DNA from: Sphyrna mokarran
Lineage: Eukaryota
Reading direction: 5' to 3'
Length of the DNA: 64,000 nt
Assembly: GCA_024679065.1 (NCBI GenBank)
Contig: JAGIQG010000009.1
Location: 91,512,001-91,576,000 of the forward strand
The position numbers and the translations under genes are program-made. How positions within the stretch are numbered: position 1 is the stretch's first letter; each line of letters starts with the position of its first letter. A model generated the notes under the pieces. It was not told the DNA's origin and did no database searches. It saw only the letters and a program-made list of their open reading frames with translations. Positions 1-11,300 of the stretch are shown here, one piece after another.

Positions 1-1200
1 ATAAAGTGGTCTTGTGCTTGTTTTTGTACCTTCTTTATGAATTCTAACACTTTCATTAATAACATCTCTTCAGTTCTCCTTCCTTTTAACTTTTCTCCTG
101 ATTTTTGATGTAGTTGGAAACTTCTGCCCATTTTTTGCGCTTGCTCTCTCCTTCTCGGACTCTTTACATAGGTTCCCAGCACTCTGGCATTATTAGTTTA
201 AACACTCCCGAGCTGCTCTAGCAAACCCTTAGACATCAGTCCCAGTCCTATCCAGGTGTAATCTGTCCAATTTATACAGGTCCCACTTCTTTCAGAACTA
301 GTCCCAATGCCCCAGGAATCTGAAACCCTTTCCCTGATATCATCTCTTCAGCCATGTATTTATCCAATATTTCCTCTCATTTCTAATCTGACTAACACAT
401 GGCACCGCTAACAATCCTGAAATCACTACCTTTAAGATCCGATTTCTTAACTTTCTTCCCAGGTCGCTGTATTCTGCTTTTAGGACCTCATCCCTTTTTT
501 TAAATCTATGTCACTTGTCCCAACATATATGATGACCACGGCCTATTTGCCCTTCCCGTTCACAATGTCCTGCAGCCGCTCCGAGACATCCTTGACCCTA
601 ACACCAGGGAGGCAACATACCAAGCTGGAGTCTCATTTGCAGCGACAGAAATGCTTGTCTATTGCCCTTACAATTGAATCCCCTATAACTATTGCACTGG
701 CATACTTTTTACCCCTCCCCTCTGTGACACAACCAACCTTGGTGCAACGAGTTTAGCTGCTGCTGCTTTCCCTAGAGAGATCATTCCCCTCAACAGTATC
801 CAAAGTGGTATACCTATTTTACAGGGGAATGGTCACTGGAGATTCCTGCACTACCTGCCTATCTCTCTTGCTCTGTCTGGTGGTCACCCATTCTTTTCCT
901 GCCTGTGGAGTCTGAGCCTGCGGTGTGACCAACTCCCTATACCTGCTATCCACAATACTCTCTGACTCACAGATGCTCCACAGTGTCTCCAGCCGCCACT
1001 CCAGTTCTGAAACTCGAGCTTCCAGGAGCTGTAGCTGGAGACATTTCCCTACACATACTGACTCAGGAGACTGGAACTGTCCCCAGTCTGTCACATGGAG
1101 CAAGAGGAGTAAACCACTGCTTGGAGCTCTCCTGTCATGTCTTACCCCTTTCAACTAAACTTCTGAAAGATCTTTTGTTTCAGACATATACAATTTTCTT
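1..1200 (-). mobile_element. CR1 LINE ORF1 remnant
   Basis: LQLLEARVSELEWRLETL...QESPVTIPL coiled-coil region and decayed esterase region; paralogous to ~29119-30300 and ~57120-58100. Confidence 0.7.
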
Positions 1201-1442
1201 TCTTGCTTGCTCCTTGTTATTACCGAGTACAACCTTTTCAAACTAAAAACCACAGAAATTAACAGAAACACTATAATAGTGTACAACAACTACAATGCCA
1301 AGAGCAAAAAAGAAAAAAATATTTATCAATCAGCACTCTCACTTGCAGCCTCACTTAACTCCTGGGTTCACCTAACTCCCTGCGTTCATCCAACTCCCAA
1401 AGCACTCCTCACAGTCAGACAGCACTCTGTGCAGGAAAAATA

Positions 1443-1675
1443 TGATGTGGAGATGTCGGCGCTCGACTGGGTTAAACACAGTAAGAAGTCTCACAAAACC
1501 AAGTTAAAGTCCAACAGGTTTATTTCATAGTAAACGTCCTTCACCAGGTGATTGCAGAATTCTGAGTGGAGAACTCTCCATTCACCTGACAAAAGAATAA
1601 TGTTCTGAAAGCTAGTGGCATTTACTCTCAAATAAACCTGTTGGATTTTAACCTTGTGTTATGAGACTTCTTACA
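1443..1675. mobile_element. Penelope-like terminal remnant in inverted arrangement
   Basis: Arms ~1480-1527 and ~1630-1674 are reverse complements (AAATAAACCTGTTGGA...); copies at ~30538-30770 and ~58327-58576. Confidence 0.55.
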
Positions 1676-2245
1676 GCAAAAATACAACAGTGAGCTAGGG
1701 CTCTCTTTGGTACTACAAAGTATTTGGTTACTAAATCTCCTGTGTTATCTACAGCTCTGCCTGCCAATGTTTAATGGCTCCATATCTGCCAGAATCACTC
1801 ATTTACTGTTAATATATTTCGATAAACTTTTACCAATCGTCTTTACATTACCTACACATTTTCACAATGTCCTTTATCTCAATTTAATCTTTCTGTTCCT
1901 CCATCATTCCCTCTGTTTCTGGACATTTCCACTTTAGTTGCTTCAAGCTTCTCTGATCTGGGTGTTTTGAACATACAAACATAGAGCAGGAGTTGGCCAT
2001 TTGGCCCCTCCAGTCCGCTCTGTCATTCTGTGGCTGATGTGATGTGATCTGAACTCTACTTTCCTCTCAATCTCTCTGTACACTTTCACTCCCTTGTCAG
2101 TCATGATGTTATCTAACATTTATATCTGACAGATACATAATAATGTCTGAGTGAACATCACCCATTTCAAATTCTCACCAAAAGATTCAAATTCACCCCA
2201 GAGAGAGAGAGAGAGTGAGAATAGGAGAGTGAATTCTGTACTTAC

Positions 2246-2297
2246 CGGGAGAGACCCAGGAAAAACACAGGGAGATGGAGAAAAGGATCAGCAACAT
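2246..2297 (-). CDS. Signal-peptide exon (proximal leader) of a class I gene whose body lies left of the window
   Basis: ATG...MLLILFSISLCFSWVSP then G|GTAAGT phase-1 donor, 52 nt. Confidence 0.8.
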
Positions 2298-2620
2298 TCT
2301 GGGAATCCACTGTCCTAATTCCAATCAGTGACTGGGAATTAAACACCCTGAGGGTGAAATAACTTTATAAACTTGGGGGGAAAACACCAAAAAACAAAAA
2401 CTTTATCCAAACTCCATTTTCCTGGCTAAATCAACAATTTCTATCTTGCAGAATCAGAAGATGACTGACTGCTTAATTTTCTGAGACGATCCAATGAAAG
2501 AGATAAACAGCCAGCCTGTCACTAGTTACCAGGAGGATCAAACTCAGACAGGATCAAGTTCAGGCTGATAAAAATTTAATCTTTCTCCAGCACCTTTCAC
2601 AAAGTGAAACCTCCCCAAGG
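2298..2620 (-). promoter_or_regulatory. MHC class I promoter: TATA, Y box, X1/X2 box, ISRE
   Basis: TTTATAAA 2364-2371; CCAAT 2491-2495; X-like CCTGGTAACTAGTGACAG (minus) 2516-2533, 20 bp from Y; IRF site AAAGTGAAACC 2601-2611. Confidence 0.7.
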
Positions 2621-2933
2621 ACAGCTTTATAAAACAAAGATTGATCCAGAGACACACACAGCTCAGTGCATAAAAACTGTCTCCAAATTCCAGGCTTGAA
2701 GGAATGTTTTAAAGAGAGGCTGCAGAGAGGTGTCGGGAGGGATTACAGAGTGAAGGACCGAGGTTACTGAAGGCACAGTCCCCAGTGTGGGGGAGATTCT
2801 AATCCCTGATACTGGAGATATCAGAATGAGAGGAACACAGAGATCTCACAGAGTTTGTGAAACTGGAGGAGATTACAGAAATAGGAAGGTATGAGGACAT
2901 GGAGAGATTTCAATTTTAAAATCCGGGGCAGAG

Positions 2934-3305
2934 GGAATGGTGCCTTCATTTCAAGGAGAATGGAATATAAAAGTAGGGAAAGATTGCTAAAACTATACAA
3001 GGCACCAGTTAGACCACATCTGGAAAACTGTCCCCTTTAGTCCCCTTATCTAAGAGAAAATATACTGGCATTGGAAGCAGTGCAGAGAAGATTCATTAGG
3101 TTGAGTCCAGGTGTGGAGGGATTTTCTTATGAGGAGATGTTGAGGAGATTGGGCCTGTACTCATTGGAGATGAGAAGAATGAGAGTGACCTTATTGAAAT
3201 GTATAAGATTCCCAGACGGTTTGACAGTGTAGATGCTGAGAGGATGTTTCCCCCTGTGGGAGAGTCTAGGACCAGAGAGTAGAATCTCAGAGTAAGGTGT
3301 CACCC
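2934..3305 (+). mobile_element. CR1 3' fragment
   Basis: Decayed LYKxLVRPHLE...LEAVQRRF...GLYSLE motifs; paralogs ~35633-36240 and ~59880-60250. Confidence 0.7.
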
Positions 3306-3389
3306 ATTTCAAACTCTCACCAAAAGATTCAAATTCACTCCAGAGAGAGAGAGAGAGAGTGAGAATGGAAGAGTGAATTCTGTACTTAC

Positions 3390-3441
3390 CGGGAGAGACC
3401 CAGGAAAAACACAGGGAGATGGAGAAAAGGATCAGCAACAT
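3390..3441 (-). CDS. Second (distal) signal-peptide exon, unit 1
   Basis: Same MLLILFSISLCFSWVSP with intact GTAAGT donor. Confidence 0.6.
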
Positions 3442-3671
3442 TCTGGGAATCCACTGTCCCAATTCCAATCAGTGACTGGGAATTAAATATTCGAAGGAGG
3501 AAACTAATATTGTTTATTGTGATTGGAAAACACAAAAAAATGTTGATAAGGGCTCCAGTTTCCTGTCTTCATTAAACTGTGATCAGTTCCCTGACGTTAG
3601 GCCACACAACCATAGGATGAATGATTCATTGCTGTCAGAAAAAGAGCCAATGAAAGGGAAAGAATTTCTAA

Positions 3672-3790
3672 TGTTTATTTATTTTTCACAACTAGGCTTA
3701 CATTAATACTGTAATGAAGTTACTGTGAAAATCCCCGAGTTGCCACACTCCAGGTACACTGAGGGAGAATTTAGCATGGCTAATTCACCT
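3672..3790 (-). mobile_element. SINE 3' fragment inserted in distal promoter
   Basis: Reverse-complement match to the 3' part of the SINE at ~36715-36840; paralogs ~40130-40252 and ~61650-61780. Confidence 0.6.
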
Positions 3791-4179
3791 ATCCTGTCTC
3801 CAGTTATCAGGAAATTTTCCATTTCCAGTTCTGACACTTCCATGTTGAGTTTCCTCCCCCATCAGGAATAGACACAAAAATAGAGCTTGGAAATGATAAA
3901 GAAGCCACACTGCAAACAACCATCATTTTAGCTGCTGCAGGCTTTTGGGCCCAGTCAGGCCACCTGCCCCCACAAGGGTACAGACTGTTAGACTTATTAA
4001 AAACCTTGTTAAACTGCAATTTTTCCTGTCCGCTTTAGGTTTTCCAATTTGAAATTGAGCAGACGAATGGTCTGGTGTGAGCACCCAGCAGTTGGCCAGG
4101 GAGGACAGTCCTCCCACAATCCCTTTCAGCTTGCCTGGCTGCAAGAGCAGACCCAGTTTGCCCTGTAGATGGACATTCC

Positions 4180-4642
4180 CTTCCCCTCACCACACTCCTC
4201 CTCACCACACTCCCCCCTCACCACACTCCCCCACACCACACTCCCCCACACCACACTCCCCCTTACCACACTCCCCCACACCACACCTCCCCTCACCACA
4301 CTCCCCCTCACCACACACCCCCTCACCACACTCCCCTCACCACACTCCCCACACCACACTCCCCCTCACCACACTCCCCCGCACCACACTGCCCCGCACC
4401 ACCTCCCCCGCACCACACTCCCCTGCACCACATTCCCCCGCACCACACTCCCCCGCACCACACTCCCCCGCACCACACTCCCCCGCACCATACTCCCCCG
4501 CACCACACCTCCCCCGCACCACATCCCCCTCACCACACTCCCCCCTCACCACACTCCCCCGCACCACACTCCCCCTCACCACACTCTCCCTCACCACACT
4601 CCCCCACACTACACTCCCCCGCACCACACTTCCCCTCACCCC
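4180..4642. repeat. 15-bp C-rich minisatellite (CACCACACTCCCCCT/G)
   Basis: Direct tandem repeats. Confidence 0.95.
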
Positions 4643-5571
4643 CATAATGGTGGCTGGCTTCTTTCCTGGTTTATTTTGATGTTTTTCTGAAGTGACTAAC
4701 ATGGACCTTCCTGTTGAAGCAGTTTCTCAGTTACACACCCTGTACTGTAGCTGGGTGCTTGTCGAAAGCTGGAGGAATCTGGATATTGGGGAACCTGCCC
4801 ACTGTTCTGAATTGTGAGGGAAATGGTTTCCATACCAATTGTAAGTGTTTCCCACAGAAAATCCTTAATTGTGACCTCTATCTGTGGGTACACACCTCTC
4901 TTTATTTCTGTGAGTGTCTGTGTATATGAGTATGTGTGTATATTTTTGTGGGTATGTGAGCATGTGTGTACTTATTTGTGCATAGTGCGTGCATGTATCT
5001 GCATGTCCATATGCATCTTTGTGTCTGTGTGTTTGCATGTGTGTTTACTTATCTCTGTTTGTGTGTGTGTGCGTGTGCACATGCATGCTGGTATATATGT
5101 GCGTGCTTACGTGAGGCTGTATGTGCATCCTTATTCCATAACCCATTCAATTATCAATTACAATTTAAAATGAAAAACTTGCAACAATTCTACAAACCCT
5201 GTAAGACTGTTAAATTATTCAATTTCTTTCCAGTTGCCTTTTTTCTAGTTCCAACAGGATGTGAGAATTACTGGTTAGTCCAGCATTTATTGCCCATCAC
5301 TAGTTGCCCTTCACAATGCTATAAGAGTGGGAGTTCCAGGGTGTTGACCCAGTGATGGTGAAGGAACAACAGATATATTTCCAAGTTAGGGTGGTGTGTG
5401 GCTTGGAGTGGAACCTCCAGGTAGTGTGTGTTCCCAGGTATCTGCTGTCCTTGTCCTTCAAGATGCTAGTGGGTTTAAAAGATGCTGCCGAAGGAGCCTT
5501 GGTGAGTTCCTGCAGAGAATCTTGTAGATGGTTCACACAGCTGCCACTGACCATCAGTGGTGGAGGGCTTG

Positions 5572-5878
5572 AATCATAGAATCCTCCAGTGCAGAAGGAG
5601 GCTACTCAGCCCATCAAGTCTGCACCGACTGCAATCCTACACCATCCCCATTAACTCATACATTTAGCTGCACTAATCCGCGTGATATGAAGGGGTTATT
5701 TAGCCTGACCAGTTCAGCTCACCCGCACATCTTTGGACCATGGGAGGAAATGGAAACACGCGCAGACACGTGGAGAATGTGCAAACTTCACATAGACCGT
5801 GACCCAAGAAGGGAATCATACCCGGGTCCCTGGTGTTGTGAGGCAGCAGTGCTAACCGCTGTTCCACCCTGCTGTCCC
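5572..5878 (-). mobile_element. tRNA-derived SINE (HE1/V-SINE-like)
   Basis: Minus-strand GGTTAGCACTGCTGCCTCAC head and CR1-like tail; paralogs ~42450-42770 and ~63200-63520. Confidence 0.65.
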
Positions 5879-6379
5879 TTGTGGAATGGGCAACAATGAA
5901 GTGAGCTGCTTTATCCTGAATAGAGTCTGTTGAGTTTCTTGAGTGTTTTTAGAGCTGTCCTTACCTAGGCAAGTGAAGAGAATTCCATTACATAGAAACA
6001 TAGAAAACAGAAGCAGGAGTAGGTTATTCAACCCTTTGACAGTCTTCACCATTCATTTTGATCATGGTTGATCATCAAATTCAATATCATTTTCCCCTTT
6101 CCCTCATAACCCTTGATCCCAAAAGGTCCAAAAGCTCGAAACTTTATGCTCGAAGTCAGACCATGTTTTGGCCTCACCGACTTTCTGTGGTACTGAATTC
6201 CTCACCACTCACCACTCACTGGGTGAAGAAATTTCTCCTCACCTCAGTTCTTATCCTCAAACTATGACCCCTAGTTCTGGACTCCCCCACCATTTGAAAC
6301 ATTCTTACAGAATCTACCCTGTCTAATCCTGTTAGAATGAAATCTCCTCTCACTCTTCTAAACTCCAATGAATACAATC

Positions 6380-7390
6380 CTCACACTCCTGACTTGTGCC
6401 ATGTAGATGGTGGACAGATTTTGGGGAGTCAGGAGGTGCTTACCCACTGCAGGATTCCTAACCTCTGACCTGCTCTTGTAACCACAGTATTTGGCTAATG
6501 GTGAATCCAGTTTTGTTTCTGGTCAATGGTAGGCACCAGGATGTTGCTAATGGAGGATTCAGACATGATAATACCATTGAATGTCAAAGGATGGTGGTTA
6601 GATTCTCTCTTGTTGGGGATGATTGTTGCCTTGCACTTGTGTGGCCCAAATATTACTTGTCACTTGTTAGTCCAAGCCTGGATATTGTTCAGGTCTTGCT
6701 GCATTGTGGACATGGACTGCTTCAATATCTGAGGAGACATAATGTAGCTGAACATTGTGCAATCATCAGTGAACATCCCCACTTCTGACATTATCATAGA
6801 AGGCAGGTCATTGATGAAGTAGCTGAAGATGGTTGGGATGGGGACACAAATTTCCTGAGGAATTCACTGATGCCCAGAGACTGAGATAATTGACCTCCAA
6901 CCAAACAACCACCATTTTTTGTGCTAGTTATGATTCCAACCAGTGAAGAGTTTTCCCCTGATACCCATTATACTGCTTTTACGAGGGCTCCTTGATGCCA
7001 TAACTCGGTCGAATGCGGCCTTGATGTCAAAGGCTCTCACTCTCATCTCACCTCTAGAACTCAGCTCTTTTTACCATGTTTGAATCAAACCTGTAATGAG
7101 ATCAGGAGCTGAGTGACCCCAGAGGAACCCAAACTGGGTGTCACTGAGCAGGTTATTGCTGAGTAAATGCTGCTTGAAGACACTGTTGATGAACCTTCAT
7201 CACTTTACTGATGATTGACAGTAGACTGATTGGGCTGTAATTGCCTGGGTTAAATTTGTCCTGATCCTAGCGTACAGCACATACCTGGGCAATTTTATAC
7301 ATTCCCATTCTTCTCACTGTACTGGAATAGCTTGGTGAGGGAAGCAGCGAGTTCTGGAGCACAAGTCTTCAACATTATTGCCGGGATATT
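6380..7390 (-). mobile_element. Degenerate non-LTR retrotransposon RT remnant
   Basis: Paralog ~43285-44280 translates to QFGF...DLIT...ALDIKATFDRV. Confidence 0.6.
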
Positions 7391-7742
7391 GTCCTTCCAC
7401 ACCAACACACTCACTTTGAGGTTCCCTACACTTCTCATTACTGAGAAGCTGGTGAGCCTTCACCTCCAGCTCACTGGGAAATGTGCTGAAGTTTGATTCT
7501 CTAAAGTTAGGACATGGCTTCCTCTCCTCTGTCTCTCACACTGACATCTTCAGTTAACAAGTCAATCAATGCTAATGGAAAACAATGAATGATGCTGACA
7601 TTTAGTCTGAACTCAGCCAGTTCACATTGGATTGAACATCAACAACTGTCCATTCCAATCGTCACAAGCTGCTGAGTGAATGAATTAAACCTTTCCTGCG
7701 AAATCAGTGAAGACAAATTCAGACAAATCAAACACAAAGTTA

Positions 7743-7748
7743 TTTATT
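7743..7748 (-). terminator. Polyadenylation signal AATAAA of gene A
   Basis: TTTATT on plus strand ~570 nt past the stop; conserved at 44654-44659 in gene B. Confidence 0.6.
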
Positions 7749-8313
7749 GATTACAAACCACAGTTATCGATGTTTCATTATGATCCTGATTATAGATTTT
7801 CCTCCATGAATGTGTGATATCATTAATCAATCGTAGAACACATCAGAGATGATATTACATAAAGAACAAAATGGGCCAGTGTGTAATAATTTAAATTCTG
7901 ACATTCTGTCATGTCTCAGAGTTACAATTTGGGTTGCCAATATTAATATCTCAGCAATATTCACACTGAGAGGTTTGACATGTTTTTCAGCCACTCCCTG
8001 TAACTATGATGGGACGTCTTCCCCCATTGAGTATCTCCAGTAACTGTCCCAAGTTGTGTCGTGTCCCTCACCAGTATTCCTGGACCTTGCATTGTGACAA
8101 TCTGAAACCCTCAGTCATGGAGAACTCTTTGCCCTGGAAGAGCTGTTAGTTTCAGGCGGATTTTCACTGAGTTGATGGTCCTCCAGTCAGAGACTGTGTT
8201 TATCTCAGTGTGTGTTTCTGGGAACAGCTGGTACAGCGTACAGTCCTGTATAAAGGAGCTGCTGCAATGAACACTCTGCGACTGTGTGGGAATTCATCAG
8301 ATCAAATTTCATT

Positions 8314-8331
8314 TTACTTCATCTCATATAA
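8314..8331 (-). CDS. Gene A terminal coding exon (LYEMK*)
   Basis: Polypyrimidine acceptor ttttcccacttcactttataag, phase 0; paralog reads VYEMK*. Confidence 0.6.
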   Translation of the reverse strand, partial: LYEMK

Positions 8332-11300
8332 CTTATAAAGTGAAGTGGGAAAACTGCCCAGCACCAGAAAAATGTTTCCAACATCCCGATTGTCATTTGC
8401 ATTATCAGATATATCACAAAATCTTTCATATGGATTCCAAAAAGTCTTCATCAAAATCCGCAAACATTTAAAGACATTTAAAAATCTGAGCAATCAGTAA
8501 GTGAGAAAAGTGCACAAACTGTGAGTGTATTTCATTCCCAATAATCTGTCCCTCAGTCACTCACTGGAGCTGTTGTGTACGTCTTACTTGGTGAATCTGC
8601 AGAAGTGAAATAAATGTCAGTTAGAATGGGGAATAATCCATTCTCAGAGAGTGAGAACACAACAAGTGTGAGGGAATGGAGATTGTGTGAGAAATACTCA
8701 TCCTCACACTCCCCTCCATCCTTACACTTTATGGAGATCCTGTAGATCTCTTCCATTCCATCCATATTCAGTAGGTGAGGATGTGAGTGTGTGCGGTGGC
8801 TTTAATGATCAATATTATACCTGGTCTGGGCTGATCACACAAAGGAAAATCAGACAGGGAACAAGAGGTGTTTATATGTGTGTATCTGTGTGTATGGGAA
8901 TTAAATCAGTTCATTCAACACAGTGTCCTGTACTCCCAGTACTGGAGATTCCCCACACTCACTCTGTCCCCTCTGATTCTTACCTCTCCGCTGTCTTTTC
9001 CAGATGATTATTCCGAATATAACAACCAGTGCTGAGATCACTGATCCGATTATAATTCCAAGATGGGACCATTCTCCACTGTTTCCCGAGATTTCTGAAA
9101 CACATTTGAATAACATGAGGATTGTCTCTGTTCCCGGATCCATTCCCAGTTCTGTGTTCATTGGGGACAATTTGAATTAAAGCCGTACCAGTCCAAATGG
9201 GAGTGGTTGAAGCTTTGCTTTTACACTGGCCCCATGGTGGATAAAGGAGTGTCTCCGGACCTGCTCTGGATGAACTTCCAGAAGCCATTGATTATTGTCA
9301 AGAATCTCTTGTGTGGAACGTTATCAGAGTGTTTGGAATTGAAGGGAATCTTTGCCATGGGGTGAAAATTGGTTGGCAGTGGGGGGAGACAGGGAATGGC
9401 GAGAATGGGAATGTGCTCCCATACAAACAGATGCACATATCCAGTACAGTTCCTTACCCAACTGATAGAGCTTGGGCTCTGCCAGGCTGCTGTGTTCAAT
9501 TTGACAGGAGTATTGATCCTCATCCTCAGCATTTATTTCAATCTCTTTCTGGATCTGATGGCTCCCATCATGGTTCGGTCGAATCCCCGAGGATAGTGTC
9601 TCAGACATTACCTCTCCGTCCCTTAACCAGTTCACCTCGATGTCTACAGGATAAAAGCCAGTAACCAGGCAGGAGAGAGTGAGGGGCTTGTACTGACTAT
9701 TGGGCTCACTTCTGGAGATGAAGACTTCAGGCTGAACTGTAATGGGAAAGGGTGAAAACACAAACAATAAACCCACACTGAATGGAATGGGGGAACGGTT
9801 TGATAAATCAGTGAAGTTAGAGCAGAACATGGGCTCAAAACTGAAATCAATACCTTTCCGTTCAAAATATACTTTTCCAGCTTCCAAATATTTCTTTAAA
9901 TGTTCAACAAATTCTTCCTGCAGTTGTTGTTTCCAGTAATTATTCCAGGATTGATCTGAATCCCATTTCTCTTTAGTCTTCACTGCAAAGTGATTGGATG
10001 CGACCCATCTCATTCTGTCTGGCTCTAAACTAATATAGTCCTTTCCATCAAATCCAAACTGCATCGATCTCTTAATGGAGCCGTCTTCAGTGACCTCGAC
10101 AGACCAAATCCATTGGAAAATATGGATTCCTGTCAGAGAGCAAATGATGATCAATATTCAGTGAACTGGAAGATTGGAAATATTGCTTTGTTAATCAATA
10201 AATTGGAGAAATGATCTTTGTGATAGAATTGTCAGCAAAACTGAAATCCCTGGAATAAAATAAGCAGCATCAGAATGTAAACAAACTTGCCGAATGGATC
10301 AGAAACAGAGTGGCCAGGATTCTCCCAAAATAATTCAACTGTCAAATTCGTTTGAAACCCGGAGTAAATCACGTTTGTTTTTACAGCGGGAGTTTCAAAA
10401 TGAATCTCCCATAATCTGTACATTGCAGAGAGCACGAGCAGGTTTCACACTGAAAAGCTGTCGGTGGGGCCTATTCCCGCTGGAGAGACTGACAGCAAAG
10501 TGCTGAGTGGGCCACTGCACATGTGCCAATCAGTCAGATTGGTGCATGCTCTGTAGCCCCTGTCTGCCGGCCTCCCAATTGCCGGCCGGCTCGATCGCTG
10601 GCCAGTTCTGCAATTCCCACAACGTCAGCCCTCCATCGCCCCCTCCCCACCCCACAGCCCGATCTCTGGTCTCCTGAACATTTACGTACCATCTCCAATC
10701 CCAACCCCCCACTTCCAGCCTGCCTTAATCTCCAGTACCCTGTGATCGCACATACGCTTGACAATTACCCCCCGCACCACAGTGCCAACCACCCCACACT
10801 CCGTAGTGCCAGCTCGCCCTCCCCGTGTAAGGCAGCCACACTACCCCCACCTCCAGCGCGTTGACCCCACACCCACCCCGATGGCCAGCCCTGATCGTTG
10901 GCCTTCCTCCCTCCCCCATGATCCCCCATGATGGCACAGTGGATAGTGAAGAAAGTTATCTCCAATTGCAATGGGATTTGATCAATTGGGCCAGAGGGCT
11001 GACGAATGACAGATGGAGTTTAACTTCGGCAAATGCGAGGTGATGCATTTGACCTGAAGAGATCAAATCCACTGAAGAATGTGACTTCCTTCAGAAACTA
11101 AATAGGGATCAATAATCAACAGATACTCTTTTCAGTGGAGAAAGGGAATTTAGTCTGAGATAGAAATGAATGGAATCTTCCTCTGCCTTTAGAAACAAGA
11201 AGCTCAGCGGTGAGTTATTAAATTAGATGGAGTCAGTGCTGGGAGATGGACTGAGTTCAGTGTCCCAGGGGTCAGTGCTGGGGGACTGAGTTCAGTATCC

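Noticed and set aside
4077-4702. Pro/His/Thr-rich mucin- or extensin-like ORFs (also 40497-41616, 62022-62331)
   Set aside because: Translations of a stop-free 15-bp minisatellite open in many frames; length differs among paralogs.
4814-5355. Cys/Val-rich hydrophobic ORFs (also 41628-42099, 62343-62894)
   Set aside because: Derived from degenerate (TG)n low-complexity sequence.
8468-8485. Alternative last exon IFKCL* for gene A
   Set aside because: The acceptor AG is not conserved in gene B, unlike the (L/V)YEMK exon.
9324-10154. 276-aa and 310-aa (46071-47003) ORFs as single-exon genes
   Set aside because: They are alpha2+alpha3 exons read through introns with canonical splice sites.
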